DNA of 64,000 nucleotides from Gnetum montanum. Its lineage: Eukaryota; Plantae; Gnetophyta. The stretch covers positions 1-64,000 of the forward strand of contig MNCI01000459.1 of NCBI GenBank assembly GCA_015680685.1, read 5' to 3'. Below are positions 37,374 to 52,000 of the stretch, piece after piece. The first letter of the stretch is position 1. The number at the start of each line of letters is the position of its first letter. The notes under the pieces are model-generated. The model saw nothing but the letters and a program-made list of their open reading frames with translations, ran no database searches and was not told the origin of the DNA. The position numbers and the translations under genes are program-made.

Positions 37374-40300
37374 TTGGCAAGAGCAAGCCCGATGGATTAC
37401 AAGCATCTATTCACATCGTTGACCATCGATGGACCATACAGAAAGATCACAAGAGAAATCAACATAAATTCTATCAACTTAGGTCCATCAACAGACGACA
37501 CATTTGTAGCCTCAACGCAACAAACATTAGACAACTATGAAGGTATGACAAAATCCATAGACATAGAAGCTGATAGCATCACTGAAGACCCTTTCACTGA
37601 AACCCCTGTAACCATGCCTGGCGGCGAAGTTAAGATATTAAAAGTGAGCACATTATTTCCACCTCAACTTGCCAAAGGTATAGAACACGTGCTTTGAGAT
37701 AACATAAAAGCATTTGCTTGGTCTTACACTGACATGCTTGGGTTAGATCCTAGAATCGTCCAGCACAATATTATACTCAATCCAAAATTAAGGCCAATTA
37801 AACAAAAAGCACGAAATGTTAAGCCTGAGGTAGCATTGGTAGTTCGCAATGAGATCACCAAACTTTATCAGGCTGGGTTCATATGGGCTGTTGACTATGC
37901 TGACTGAGTATCCAACATGGTCATTGTCCCGAAGAAGAATGGAAGCATTTTCCTCTACATTGACTTCTAGGATCTGAACGTCGTGACCATAAAGGATGAT
38001 TTCCTCCTGCCTAGCATTGATCAACTAGTTGATTCGACTGCTAGACATGCTTTGTTATCTTTTATGGATGGCTTTTCAGGATATAACCAGATACACATTA
38101 ACCCGGAACATTAGCATAGGATGACCTTTATGACACCATGGGTGCCTTTTGTTACACGATGATGCCATTCAGTCTCAAGAACACCGGGGCCACATATCAA
38201 AGGGCAATGACATTTATTTTTAGCGATTACATACTTCATTTGCTCAATGATTATGTGGATGACATTGCAATTAAATAAAAAACACCAAAGCAACACATCC
38301 AAGACTTAGATTTGGTCCTAAAACATTGCTTAAAATATGAACTTAGGCTCAACCCAAAGAAATGTGTCTTCGGGGTAAAAATGGGCAAGATGCTAGGTTT
38401 TTTAGTGTTAGAAACAGGAATACAAGTAGATCCAGATAAGGTTAAAGCTATCATCAACTTAAAGCCACCAAGCAACCTTACCAAACTTCGGGGTCTACAA
38501 GGTAGATTACAGTTCATCAGGAATTTCATAGAAAAACTAACGGAGAAGTTGAAACCTATGAACCATTTGCTACTAAAGAATGTCCAGTTTGAATGGACTC
38601 CACAGTGCCAAGAAGCATTTGATAACATTAAAATGGCACTTGTTCAACTACCGACAGTTTATCCTCCTCAGAATAACAAACCACACTATATTTACCTGGC
38701 CACTTCGAATTCATCCATCGCTTCTATGCTCTACTAGAAACGAGATGATGGAACTGAAGTCCCTATTTATTACGTAAGCCATGCATTAGTAGCCCATGAA
38801 AGGAAGTATAACGAGGTGGAGGGATCATGTTTAGCACTTATCTTTTCCTTAAAGAAATGGTGACATTACGTCTTCCGTAACCAAGTTAATATAATCTGCA
38901 AGGATAATGTGCTCAGAGCCATCACGGGAAACATCTACGAGTCAAGTAGAATAGCTCGTTGGAAAGCCATGATAGCTAAATTTGACCTTCACTACATAGC
39001 GCAATCATCAATTAAGGGTCAAGCCAAGCAAATCAAATGACTGCATCACCCACGCATGACCAAGTGATAATAGAGCTAGAGTTTCCTGATGAAAATGTAA
39101 GTACAATAGACGTAGTGCCCAATGACTACAATGCCATTTTGAACTTTAATGGAGCATCTACCTCCTGAGGGGGAAGTGCTGCTGCTGTCATTACCTATCC
39201 CTCTGGAGAGATCTGACCCTTTGCTTATCGCTTCGACTTTCACTGTACTAACAACGTAACGGAATACGAAGGTCTCCTTAGAGGTCTCATTGCAGCACTA
39301 ACATCAAATATCACACGACTAGTAGTCAGGGGAGAATCAGAACTAGTTTTAAACCAAGTCACAGATTTTTATACATGCAAAGCGCAACATTTACAACCAT
39401 ACTGTGATTTGGCTAAGAACTTACTGAAGCAATTCGAAAACACATATGTGCAACATGTTTCCAGAAACAATAACACCATCATAGATGCACTCGCCACGTT
39501 AGCTCTAAACATATTGTCCAACATGTTCCACATGTTGCCTAGCTCCATAATCATTTGTGCTAAACCCATAACTGATACTCCCGATGAATTATTGATTGCA
39601 TCCGTTAGTACAACACATGCGGTAGAATGGTATGATGACATAAAAGAGTACCTTCTACGTGGTGAAACACCGCAACACCTAATGAATGCACAAAAGGACA
39701 TAGTTTGAAAACGTTCTTGACAATATGTACTAGTAGGGGACATGTTGTGTCGTTGATCCTATGAAGGCATATTGTTAACATGCGTTAGTAGCACTGATGG
39801 AAAAATCATCGTCGAGCAAGTACATGATGGACTGTGCGGAGGACACATAGTGCCTAAGGCAATGGCGAAAAAAATAAGACATCTGTGCTATTATTGGCCA
39901 CACATGGAGTATGACTATTTCTCCAAGGTTAAAACGTGCAGTATCTATCAAAAACATAGCAATCTGATACATGTTCCACCAAATGAGTTACATACGGCAC
40001 AAATCACTTAGCCTTTCCAGAAATGGGGGTTAGACATCATCAGACCAATAACACCCTCATCTTTTGCAGGACATAGCTTCATCATAACTGCAACAGAGTA
40101 TTTCATGAAATGGGTAGAAGCTATTCCTCTTAGGAAAACCACATCTAGACACATATGCAACTTCATTCTAGAAAACATTGTGACCCGTTTTGGCATTCCA
40201 ATGACCATCATCACCGATAATGGGCCACAGTTCAGCAGTGCCGAAACTAGAACTTTCTACGAAAGCCTAAGGATCAAACATTTATTTTTATCCCCTTACT

Positions 40301-40866
40301 ATCCTTAGAGAAATGGACAAGCCGAAGCCACAAATAAGATCCTCATCACAGTGCTCAAAAGGATGCTTACGCAGAGCAAGAAAAAATGGCACAAACAGTT
40401 GGTGTACACACTATGGGCTTATTGCACTACACATCAGACTTCCATAGTTAAGACACCATATAGTCCGGTTTATGGCTCAGAAGCTGTTTTACCCTTGGAA
40501 TTATAGGTACCTTCTTTAAGGATCACACTTTCTGGACTCCTTGACGATGGTCAAAACAATAACTTACGCATTGTTGACTTCGACTCGGTGGAGGAGGAAT
40601 GTACACGTGCGCTCAATCAGATTGAGTGGTACCAAAAGCAACAATGACAACGCCATCGACACGATGTTCATAAGTGCCCTATCAAGGAAGGCGACCTTGT
40701 ACTCAAAGCCATTTGGGAACACACGGAAAAATTCTCAGCCAACTGGGAAGGGCACTACTTGGTCACCAAAGCATACGACAATAGAGCATTTAAACTAGCT
40801 GACATGGAAGGGAATGAACTAGCGCATCCGACCAACCATTTGTACTTGAAACCATTCTACGTTTGA
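37374..40866 (+). pseudogene. Tat pol: RT, RNase H, archaeal-type RNase H, integrase; decayed
   Basis: FMDGFSGYNQI and YVDDI (~38252); LNPKKCVFG; aRH motifs FHCTNNVTEYEGLL and HVSRNNN..DALA; HDGLCGGH zinc finger; IITDNGPQF; stop at 40864-40866. Confidence 0.92.
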
Positions 40867-40883
40867 ATGAACTTAGGTATGCA

Positions 40884-41030
40884 CTCGTCCTGGCATCATG
40901 ATGGTAAACTGATACCACAACTTGTCCTAGCATCATGACGGTAAACTGATACCACAGCTCGTCCTGGCATCATGATGGTAAACTGATACCACAGCTCGTC
41001 TTGGCATCATGATGGTAAATTGATACCACA
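40884..41030 (+). repeat. 37-bp tandem repeat x4 immediately after the integrase stop
   Basis: CTCGTCCTGGCATCATGATGGTAAACTGATACCACAG repeated four times with few changes. Confidence 0.95.
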
Positions 41031-42314
41031 AAATGTCCGCAATGATAATAAACTAGCACCCGTCCAGTACGAGATTAAACTGCCACAGTCTCATTCGCCA
41101 AAGTCCGCTAAGACTATAAACTGGTTTGCCTCTCCACAGTCCGCCAAGACTATAAATGAGCAATGTACCATCCGCTACAATGCTAAACTGGCAATGTCCA
41201 ATGGGTTATGACATAAAACTAACCCACAAAAGTCTGCTATGACTATAAACTAGCAACTTCATCTCTAGCCTCCCGATATGTAGCTGCATTCAAACTTCAT
41301 CAGAGCTGCTGCCTCGCTCGTCATCGTTGATCCTAACAACATCATTGCCATTCATATGCAGTGCCTAAAATCTCATCTGGTGCCTTTGCTTCATCAGTAG
41401 CTATTCAATTCTAAGCTTACTTACTCGTGGTTTTCTTGTCTTCTTGGAGTTGTATTTGCAGGATGACACTCAGAGGTGTTCGTATGAGAATGCACTTCGT
41501 CATAGCAGCAAGGTACAATGTTGTTCCTGATACATGTGACAAGGTTAATCAAGCCATTCACTAGTACATCTCCCATTACATGTCCCACCTATCCCTCAAC
41601 ATATTCTACTCAGTTACATCCTGGACACACCTAGTGTAGCCTGAAACATTGAGCACACTGTTGCACACTACAACACTTTTAAGTAGTTGCAACCCACAAC
41701 ATTGCATTTGAACATGTGCACAAGATCAAAACAAAGCTCTACCCCAAAAAAAAACCTCGGCCCTTCCCATACAAGAACTTGGCAGGAAGACAGTTGTCTT
41801 GAAAGAAAATACTCATGTCTCAGACGCTCAAGTAACATCTCATTGCATGGCTTTGGCTCTCCGCCAGTAGGTTCCCTTTAAACACTAAACAGAGGCCCTG
41901 TTCCTCCAAAGAACGCAACACATCATCACGTGGCTTTGGCTGTCCCAACAAGTCCTCTTAAACACCAAACATGAGTCTTGTGCCGCCAAAGGACGTACAC
42001 CTCATGTTTTGATCCCAAGTCTGCTAGAAAATGGCTAAACAATGGCTATTGACAAAGATCAGCATGACCCATACACATACCAGAGCATCCCCTTCGCCAT
42101 GTATAATCCCTTGATCAGTATCCAATCCCCACAATTTCTACTTTCTTATCCAGCCACAAACTTTATCTCACCAACCTATGTACTACTGGACATGACACGA
42201 TGACATCTAGTCAAGTGTCGAAGGACAATACTACTAAGTTTCTTGTGGTGTTTTGTACTTATTTATTGATGCTTCTCGGGTTGATTCCTCCAAGCATCAA
42301 CAAAGAGAGGCTAA

Positions 42315-43498
42315 TGAAACACCACAAAATTCTTAGCTTAGTACTTCTCCAACAAGAATCGAGCTAAGTCATGATGCTCCCCAGCATGACTAAAGCTTGA
42401 GGACCCCACAGACAACTTCAAGTAGAGTAGAACTCAATAAGAAATGATTCCCTGGGACCTGCAGAAGACCACAGCGACATCTGGCATAAAACATGGCAAA
42501 TTTGGAACTCAAGATACTTGGTTTTCACTAAGTATGCAGTATGCAACATGCACGCCTCACATGTACGCTCAGCACGTACGACTGACGTGTACGCCCAGCA
42601 TGTGACTCCAAAGACTGCATGGAAAAGGCACTTTAGAGCAAGATTTCGTACAAGGCATCAACTCTTAGAGACAGGGAATCATCGTGGACTCAAGAAAATC
42701 CAGTTCTAAGCTTGAAATCACGCACTCCTGAGTTCACACGCTGAACAGGAACACCGTGCATGCCCAGCGTGTATACGCTGGCATGATTCACACTATATAT
42801 TTGTAAAATTTCATTTTTCTGCACTTGATTAATGCACCACATGTCACCCGATCCAAGAGTCCAGCATTCCACAACCAACCATCCCCTCTTAGATCCGAGT
42901 CTAACGTCTAAACTTGTATAAATACCCTAGTTTTTGACCAGATTGGGGTTCGAAAACTTGAAAGGATCTGGGTAAAATCTGGGACAAAAAAGGCATCGAG
43001 AATGTTAGAGACATTAATCCTACATGCTAGACTTCCATCCTGCATGCTGAGCTTACAGCCTTTACGCCGTGCTTGCAGCCAAATCCAGCAAACATTAATC
43101 CCACTGCATCCACCGGAGCCTTCCACCCGCCTTGTGTCATAACCACAACTGTGTTAGTTTGGTGCATTGTAATTTCCATTATGCAATGATATTGCCACAG
43201 TTCTTTTGCTAAGATTCATTACATTTTTTCATTCGTTCTTGTATGCTTATTGTTTATATTTCTGTGTGGTTACGCTCAATTTTACATTTGTTACGCTGTT
43301 TACATTTAACACAGCATATTGCGTATTGGCATACGTTTGGGAAAATTCTTGTCTGATCTACATGCGGACCACCCCAGGTACTCTACCTTCGTTAGTTCCA
43401 ACTCACCCTCAAGTGAAGGTAGGGTCTTCTGTACTTGTCCGATGATCTCTTGGTCTCTATTCCATTCCAACCAGTGATCGACGATTTCGGATAGTACA
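42315..43498 (+). repeat. 3' LTR of the Tat element (1184 bp), preceded by PPT AAAGAGAGG
   Basis: Direct repeat of 25397-26619; purine tract at 42302-42310. Confidence 0.95.
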
Positions 43499-46052
43499 GT
43501 AATAACTATTTTGAATCCTATAATGGTATCTATAATCTTGTTTTTAAAAAGGCATGTCAATTCATTTTCACATATTTAGAGTTTCTATTTGAACCCTCCT
43601 TGATCGATAGGCTGGATCCTTTAACAACGTTGCATCTTTAACTCTATATTTGGGACCTAGCCACAAAGGATTCCAGAAGTTTCCATCTTTCAAACATATA
43701 TAAATGAATTTGGAAAATGCCAAGCAACTAGCCACAAGTACTAGCAAAGCAACTGGTAACATGAAAGTTGACAAGATGCTAGATAATAGGGAAAACCTAT
43801 GCAAGAGATGATATAAATAGAAGAACTTCCTGAAGCCCTGCTTTCAGAAATAAGAAAACTTAGTTATTGAGTGTTGAATAATATATATGAGATGAATCTA
43901 TGAAAAGTATCAAATTCCTCTCTAAAGATCTTGTTGTTGCCTTCTTGGTGCATTAAAGGCCATCTAAATTATTGGGAAATTATACATTTAGGTCATGACA
44001 AAATACTGATTCAACCAAGTGAAAAACCCCATATTTTAACATAAATTAAATGGTTAGTACTAGTGCTGCAAGTAACAAAAATTGTAAATAGCCAGAAAAA
44101 ACTTGGTTAATCTCACCAACAGCCAATAGTCCACTGATTAACACATCACAACTTCCAATAGGAGGCTCATGCACACGTACGCTCATATCCTCCAAAAATG
44201 TTTATGCTTTGGTATGTTTACCCTCACGACACCATGCTCTAACCAGGATCTCATATGTTTCAGTGTTTGGTTTGCATCCCTTCCATACCATCTTGTTCAC
44301 TAATGCATACCCACCTTTATAATTCCTTACGTCACATAAGGCTTTCAATAGTGATTTATATAGCTTCTTTTGAGTCAAGGGCATGTTAGATACAAGGAGA
44401 ATGTTGACATCGCTTTAAACAATTATAAAACTTCACTTAAAATAAATTTTAGGGTATAAGAATAAATTTCTTGGGACCTTAGAGATGAATGATCATTACA
44501 TAAAGAGGATTTATAGTGTTGGGCTTTTAGTTATGTTCACGGGGCTCTATTAATAATTTTCCAATTCCTTTGGGATGTAACTCTTAGTGAGAATTATGAA
44601 CTGTTTCTTCAAAAGTATAGGTCTAATTTAAATGAGTTATAATATATTAAGGTTTATTATATCTGAAGACCCATAGGACATATTAGACCAATATTACATT
44701 TTCATGAAAAATAAAGACAGGCTCTACAAATTGACCAAGCACCAATGGCAGCAGAAAAAACAAACCATATAAGTTTTTTTCACTGCAACATTTTACTACT
44801 ATTTAACAAGGGTAGCGACAGCATAGAAAAGAAACACATGCAACTCATCCTCAAGGGTTTCTGACCTACACCATCTACAGGTGCACTCTTCTAGGGGGAG
44901 TTGAATCCATCTTTCACTTTCAATTCTAAGATGATGTGAACTTAACTAAAGCTTGCTAATAGCAATATGATACTTTATTAGAATAAGAGCTGAGAGATAA
45001 TAAGCTTCTGCATCTAGTTTATTAAATGTAATGTGATGCAAATAAATTTGTTTCTTGCATTCTAAATTAGACCACAACTATGTTAAAACCTTCTATTTGA
45101 CTACCTGGAAAATATGCTTAAGATTTTGTTGCACTTCCTCCCAGGAAATATTCCATTTTCTTAACCACTACATTCCTTCAAAATACCAACCCCAATCTTA
45201 TGAATCCTCAATAACTACTTTAGAGAATTGGCACAAGGCTTCTACTTTTAAAGGTAACAAATCACATTCACATAAAAACATTGAGTAAGGTATTTGCATC
45301 TTCATCTTTAAATCATTAAGAAGAAAGGTTTTTTGCACCAAGTCCATGTCCCCAAACAACACATCCATACAATATAGTAGGGTAGATGATAGTTTGAAAA
45401 TTTATTTTGTAACATTGCAAGCTCATAGTCCTAAATCCTAACCTCCTGCTATTCTTTCTTTCCATGTATCTATCATGAACTCTTGTTCACCATTGGACAC
45501 TATTAAGAAGTAAAGTTTTATGAAATTGCAATTTTCGATTCTTCTCTCAAAGTAAAACATTTACATATAAAGGGAAGAAAATATGAGAGAAAAACAAAAC
45601 TAGTCCTGGGCAATGAGCTAAGCTTCCCTAAATTGTAAAATAATATATTTTCATCATGATAAAACTTTAGATTTCCATTTCAACTATGATACGGACAATC
45701 ACCCACCCCTTAAAAATGGATTTTATTAAGGGGTAAAAGGCATATTGTGACTACAAAATTTAAAGAGAAAATGCACTATGGTTAACCATTGTCTAGCTAT
45801 TTAATCAAAAAATAAACAATAATTTTGAAAAAAAATACACCAGGCAACAGACCCAGATCACAAAAATAGGGCTATCAACCAAAAACCCTAATCGAATTCC
45901 CAGTCATTAAAAAAAATGCAAATGTACTAACCTGATCAGTATGAGGTACACCAAAATTCTTCATCCAATTGAAAACATTGATGACATTGTTGATAAGTTG
46001 GGCTCTGCCATAAGGTTCAATACTAGTACAGAAGGACCTGGTGGATAGTAAA

Positions 46053-49000
46053 GTCTTAAACACAAGAATTTACCAAAATGAAAATAATGCATCGACCAAA
46101 ATATATACACTAATGATACAACCGGCAATGAGGTGAACAATGGAGAGAAGGATAGAGAGAAGAGAAATGGAATGGAATCTTGAGAACAACGTGGTGCACA
46201 ACCCCTTATGTATTTGATGATTAATGTGACTTGGTAAATCTCATTCCAGCTCCAGCCTCAAACCAACCACATCCAGTGACTTCGCATCAATGCATTCAAT
46301 TAAACCATCCACTTGGGCAACAAGAATGCACACTCCAAGAGCCACCACCATTCTGATGAAACAAAGGAGAGAATGGGAAGCTAGAAGGACCTTAGTTAGA
46401 GGGAACACTTTTGGTTTCATAACTAGTGCTTGTAGCCCAAGATTATTTGTTTAAGGGGTGTGCTTTGAATTCTCACTTGGGGGGTTTTTTTTTGTGTTTT
46501 GTGTTTTTATGCATGAGAACCACACCATGCAAAGACTTCTTATTTTTATTGTCTCAACTTTCGATAATTGGGTAACATCGAAACGACAAGAAAACTCAAG
46601 AAGAAACATCCAAGCACCCAAGAGACTGACCAACACAAAAGCATCAAGTTCCTTTGAAGTCACACCCTTTTCAATCCATGAGTCCTTCCTTAGTTTGAGA
46701 AATCCCCAATCATCGATTCGTTAAAGTTCTTATTAGAAAGGGACTGTACATTCCCAAGCTGAGAGAAACCATAGAAATTGGTGGATGGATGGATGAAGTG
46801 AACTCATTGCCTGCCATATCAGAAGAAACATATCTTAGTATCAACATTGTGACTTAAAGGTAAAAACCAAACATTAGCAATNNNNNNNNNNNNNNNNNNN
46901 NNNNNNNNNNNNNNNNNNNNNNNNNNNNNNNNNNNNNNNNNNNNNNNNNNNNNNNNNNNNNNNNNNNNNNNNNNNNNNNNNNNNNNNNNNNNNNNNNNNN
47001 NNNNNNNNNNNNNNNNNNNNNNNNNNNNNNNNNNNNNNNNNAGAGGGGAAGGTAGTATGAATAATATAAGGTCCTTCCCACAAGGTTTGAAACTTTGTAC
47101 ATTGGGTTACATGCGTGGGGTTCCAGTAAAGGACCTTATCTTCGGGTTGGTACCTAAACCTTTGGATCCTTAAGTCATGACATTGTTTACTGTGTGCCTT
47201 GTGCAACTGATTTAATGATAGTGCAATCAATCTATTCTCATCTAACACATTCAAAGCTACTAACCATTGTTTTTGTGCTAGGTCAAGATCCAGGTGCAGT
47301 TCACAAGCCATGGATAGTGTACGGAGCTCACTCTATATGGGGAGTTTTGGAAGTTTTCTGTACACTAGCTCATAACGAGAATATCCAGTAGGGAGCTTCC
47401 AAGTGGAACGATACGCCCAAAGAGCGTCGTTCAGTTTCGTGCTCTAGTCTTACCTAAATTTGCTAATTCTTCATGTTAATATTCTTGTAATCTCCCTATT
47501 AGTAACCTCGGCTTGACCATTAGCTTGGGGGTGGTAAGGTGTAGTCAGTTTATGCTCAACCCCTAAGCATTACATCAGTTTTCGAAAGGTTGCACCCGTA
47601 AAATGTGTCCAATTATCAGAAATGAGTGCACGTGGCACACCAAACCTATCAACGATTTGTTGTTGTACAAATTGTGCAGCTGTAGATGATGTGCAATCTA
47701 TTACAGCGGCTGCTTCAGCCCATTTGGTTAAGTAATCAATAGCAACGATTATATATGCTTTTCCGTTGGACATTGGTGTAATCAATCCCATAAAATCTAT
47801 TCCCTAGATATCTAAGGGTTCTAAAGGCTGAATCCATTGTTGTGGACCCTCCATTCTAGCAGTCATTCCCCCATCACGTTGGCAATGCTCACAGGATTGG
47901 GCAAAATGATGGGCATCCCAAAATAATGTTGGCCAATAATATCCTGCAAGCAGAACCTTAGTAGCCATTTGTCTCCCAGCATAATGACCCCCACAAGGGC
48001 CCTCATGAGCATCCTGGAGAACTTTTAATTTATCTTGATCAGGCACACACCATTGAACCAAGCCATCAGGGCAAACTTTATAAAGTTGTCCCTTGATTTT
48101 TATGAAGTACTTGGTTTTGTGAAGAAACTGTTGTTTCTTCCTAAAGTCCATCTCCTATGGTATTTGTTGGGACATGACATAGGTAAGAATGCTACTATAC
48201 CAATTTATTTCTATGGGCTAATTATTGACTACAGCAACAAAGAGGGTTTCATCAGTAAAATGGTCAGATACAACATATTCATCCTCTTTGTTGTCCCACT
48301 GCAACTGAGATAGGTGATCGGAAACTACATTCTCGGTTCCTTTGCAGTCTACTATGGTTAAGTCAAACTCCTGAAGAATCACCAGCCAACGTATAATATG
48401 TGGGCTAACCGTTGGCTTGTTCATAAGGAACTGAATTGCACTATGATTTGTATGGATGTATACTTTGTAACCCAATACATAGTGCCTAAATTTATTCAGT
48501 GCAAACACTATAACCATTAATTCCTTTTCTGTAGTCGTGTAGTTAAGTTGTGCACCAGTGATACTCTTATTGGAATAGTGTATGTAATAAGGTCATTTTT
48601 GTTCATCTAATTGTGTCAGTACAACTCCTAAGGCATAGTTAGATGCATTGGTCATGATATGGAATGTCCTGGACCAGTCAGGGGCTTGTAGGATGGGAGT
48701 TTCCACAAGCCTCTATTTGAGGGTTTGGAATGCTCGTTCACATTCCTTAGTCCATTCGAATGGTGCATCTTTTTTCATTAATTCTACCAATGGTTTGGCA
48801 ACTTTGGAGAAGTTCGTGACAAACCTCCTATAGTAGCCAGTGTGTCCAAGGAATGACCTAATGTCTTTAATAGTCTCTGGTTGTCAGGTAATTCCTTGGA
48901 TGACTTTAATTTTTTTTGGATCCACCTCAATTCCTAATCGTGAAATTTTGTGCCCCAATACGACGCTCTCTTGAACCATTAAATGAATTTTTTGCCAGTT

Positions 49001-52000
49001 GAGCTTAAGGTTGGTTTCAACACATCATTTCAATACTTACTCTAATCGGTCAAGGGCTTGATCAAAACTCGTCCCATAAGTGGAGAAGTCTTCCATGAAG
49101 ATTTCTATTCTGTTACCTATTTGATGTTGAAAGATGCTTAGAACTAATCGTTGGAACATGGCAGGTGCATTGCACAAGTCAAAAGGCATTTTTTTGTATG
49201 CAAACGTTCCCCAAGGGCTAGTGAACGTGGTCTTGGCTTGGTGTTCTACCATAATTCATATTTGGTTGTACCCACTATATCCATCCAGAAAACTGTAATA
49301 GCAATGCCCTGCTATAGTGTCTATGACTTGGTGAACAAATGGTAATGGAAAGTGGTCTCTGAATGTTCCCATATTTAATAGCTTAAAATCTATACATACC
49401 CTCCATTTACCTCCTTTTTCCTGTATGATAACAAGAGGACTAACCCATTCACTATCAACGATAGGGTAAATGAGCCCAACCTTGAGAAGCTGCTCTAGCT
49501 CCTCTTTCACTATTTGTTTTAGCTTTGGGTTCAATCACCTCTAGGGTTGTTTGCGAGGCTTCATAGAGGGGTCTGTGTAAATCTTATGCTGGCATATCCT
49601 AGGATCTATTCCAGTTAATTTGGGGTATGACCATGTAAAGGTTGTTGACCACTTGTTTATTACCTTTAGCAAAATTTCTTTTTGCTTGGGTGCAAGATTT
49701 GCGTTGATGATCACTGGTTTTTCGTTTTTAAGGGTCACGTATTCCAAACTAGTGGGTAATGATTTTAAATCGAGGGGCTCTTGTTTAAACTACTCAGGAA
49801 TCTCCAACTGTTTCCAATTGATGTTTTCGGAGTTAAGGGCTGGAAGTTGGCCACGGACTTGCTCAAGTACATCTGTGCTTTTAATGTAAGCACTAGTTAT
49901 TCCCTTAGCTAGTTCCATGTAGGTTGTCGAGTTGCTCTCTTTATTAGCCTTCAGCCACTAGGTGTTTTCTTGTTGTGTGGCTATCGCGTATAGGCACTTT
50001 TGGATGTCAACATCCTGTGCACATCGATTGCATGCAGGTAATGTTAAACTTCGCGTTACCCATGGATTCTGCAGGCAATGACACCCTGTGTCACTATATG
50101 TGCTGCATGGAACTCTTTTCCTCTCAATTTTTCCAAAAGTATTTGTCTTGGATATTTCTAAGGAAAGGTTGCGAATTCCTAAGCGTGCATCGATTGTATT
50201 CAGCCATGCCCTTCCCATTATAATTGGGAAATCCCCTTTGTCATGGTTTATTTGGATCACTAGGAAATCAGCTAGATATGACCATCCACCAATAGTGGTA
50301 ACAATGTCCTCAACCTATCCCAAAGAGATAGTGATAGATTGGTCAGCCAACTCTAGGCGAACATTGCTCTCCTTGAGTGGAGGCAGGTTCTAGGTTTTAT
50401 ACAATTCTTGTGAGATTAAGTTGACCCCAGAACCTAAGTCGAAAAGAGCCTTATGGGGTTCATTCCCAGTGACTTGGAGATAAACTAGGGGGACTCTCAG
50501 ATCCGATAATTTTTTTGGGAGGTGGCCAACCTTGATCTAGTCAATTACGGTATGTGTTAACATCACTGCATGCATTGGACGCGATTTCTCTATTGAAGGG
50601 TTTCCCGAAATCTTATTTGGTATGGGAGTGTTAAGATGCTCAACTGCTTATGAAGGTGAAGACTTAGTTGGATTGTTGATCCTAAGGAAGGGTCTTTTTG
50701 GTGTATGATTGTTAGAACCAACTGATATTGAAGATTTGGGAGCCTTTGCAATGTTGGGCTATCGTGGTTGAGCGGGGTTTACTTTAGGCTTTGTTGGAGC
50801 GGTTGGCAATGGGGCTACTGGTGCAAGAGATGCAGATAGAATTGGAGGATAGTGTGGGTATGGAGCATTTCCCGAAGGAGAAGGAGTCCTGAAGTACTCC
50901 TAAACCTGGTAGTAACGTGGGGGGTTTATGTGACCTATAGTGTCACCTGGGGAAATAGGCTATTGCCCATAATAACCATAAGGATTAGGCTGCTGGTAAG
51001 GGTACTGTTGTTTCAACGATGGCATCCCCCATGACTGTGGGTATTGCCATTGCTGATGCTGTCCGATGGGCTGCAGTGGAGTTCCACTTGGATAATATGT
51101 TAAGGGTTGGTGGAACTTCCTTGGGTTATCTTGTGGATAGAGTAACCTGCAGGGTGTTTTCCGTTGGTTGAGTCTTGGATTAAGCGCATACACCCCAGAC
51201 TCCTGTAGATGTGAGATGATGGGACAACATTCCTTAGGATGGTCATAATGGTAGATCTCACATCCACCATCATCATCTGAATCCGAATCCTCAGCCACAT
51301 CAGAGTTAGTGATTTTTCCCTTACCCTTGTTATGTGTAGGGCCTAAATCTCTCCACTTTTTCTTACCTTTATCACTACTTTGTTCAACCTTAGACTCTTC
51401 TACAATTTTCAAGACTGTTTCAATTCTTGAGTCTAAGGAATCCCACATTTGGTCTACTTTGGCTGATACCTCAGTTGTTAATTTTCGAATCGGCAAAGTC
51501 TTCCAATTCACAAACTCTTGGATTGGTGACTCATCCTCTTCATCACAAAATTTCACTCCCTTCTTCTGAAGGGAGGGATCATAGTTATACTCTTCCACAC
51601 TTTCCCTTTTACGTAGCTCACCCTCTTCATTTGCTACTTGCTCCAACAAGCTACGTACTTCATGGGCTCTAAGTTATGAGAGTCTCCCTTAGGCATAAGT
51701 CCCAAGGGTTCTTCGAGTTTCATTCCTTAGCCCATCCACGATGTGGCGAAGTTGATCCCGCTGAGCGTACCCATGGCCNNNNNNNNNNNNNNNNNNNNNN
51801 NNNNNNNNNNNNNNNNNNNNNNNNNNNNNNNNNNNNNNNNNNNNNNNNNNNNNNNNNNNNNNNNNNNNNNNNNNNNNNNNNNNNNNNNNNNNNNNNNNNN
51901 NNNNNNNNNNNNNNNNNNNNNNNNNNNNNNNNNNNNNNNNNNNNNNNNNNNNNNNNNNNNNNNNNNNNNNNNNNNNNNNNNNNNNNNNNNNNNNNNNNNN

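Larger units (their letters stand above)
25397..43498 (+). mobile_element. Full-length decayed Tat-clade (Ogre/Retand-like) Gypsy LTR retrotransposon in PPR intron 2
   Basis: Two TG...CA LTRs, TSD GCAAT/GTAAT (1 mismatch), PBS, PPT, and domain order gag-PR...RT-RH-aRH-INT. Confidence 0.95.
20200..46052 (-). pseudogene. PPR gene copy C pseudogene: exon-1 remnant 45932-46052, exon 2 44117-44363, exon 3 split into 24611-24790 and ~20200-20614
   Basis: Same splice sites as copy D. Premature stops at 44202-44204 and 20410-20412, normal stop codon lost, two insertions, and a 5' truncation. Confidence 0.9.

Noticed and set aside
40884-41251. CRISPR array
   Set aside because: Eukaryotic retrotransposon context with no cas genes. 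The repeat is degenerate, spacer lengths are irregular, and the first four units are simple tandem copies.
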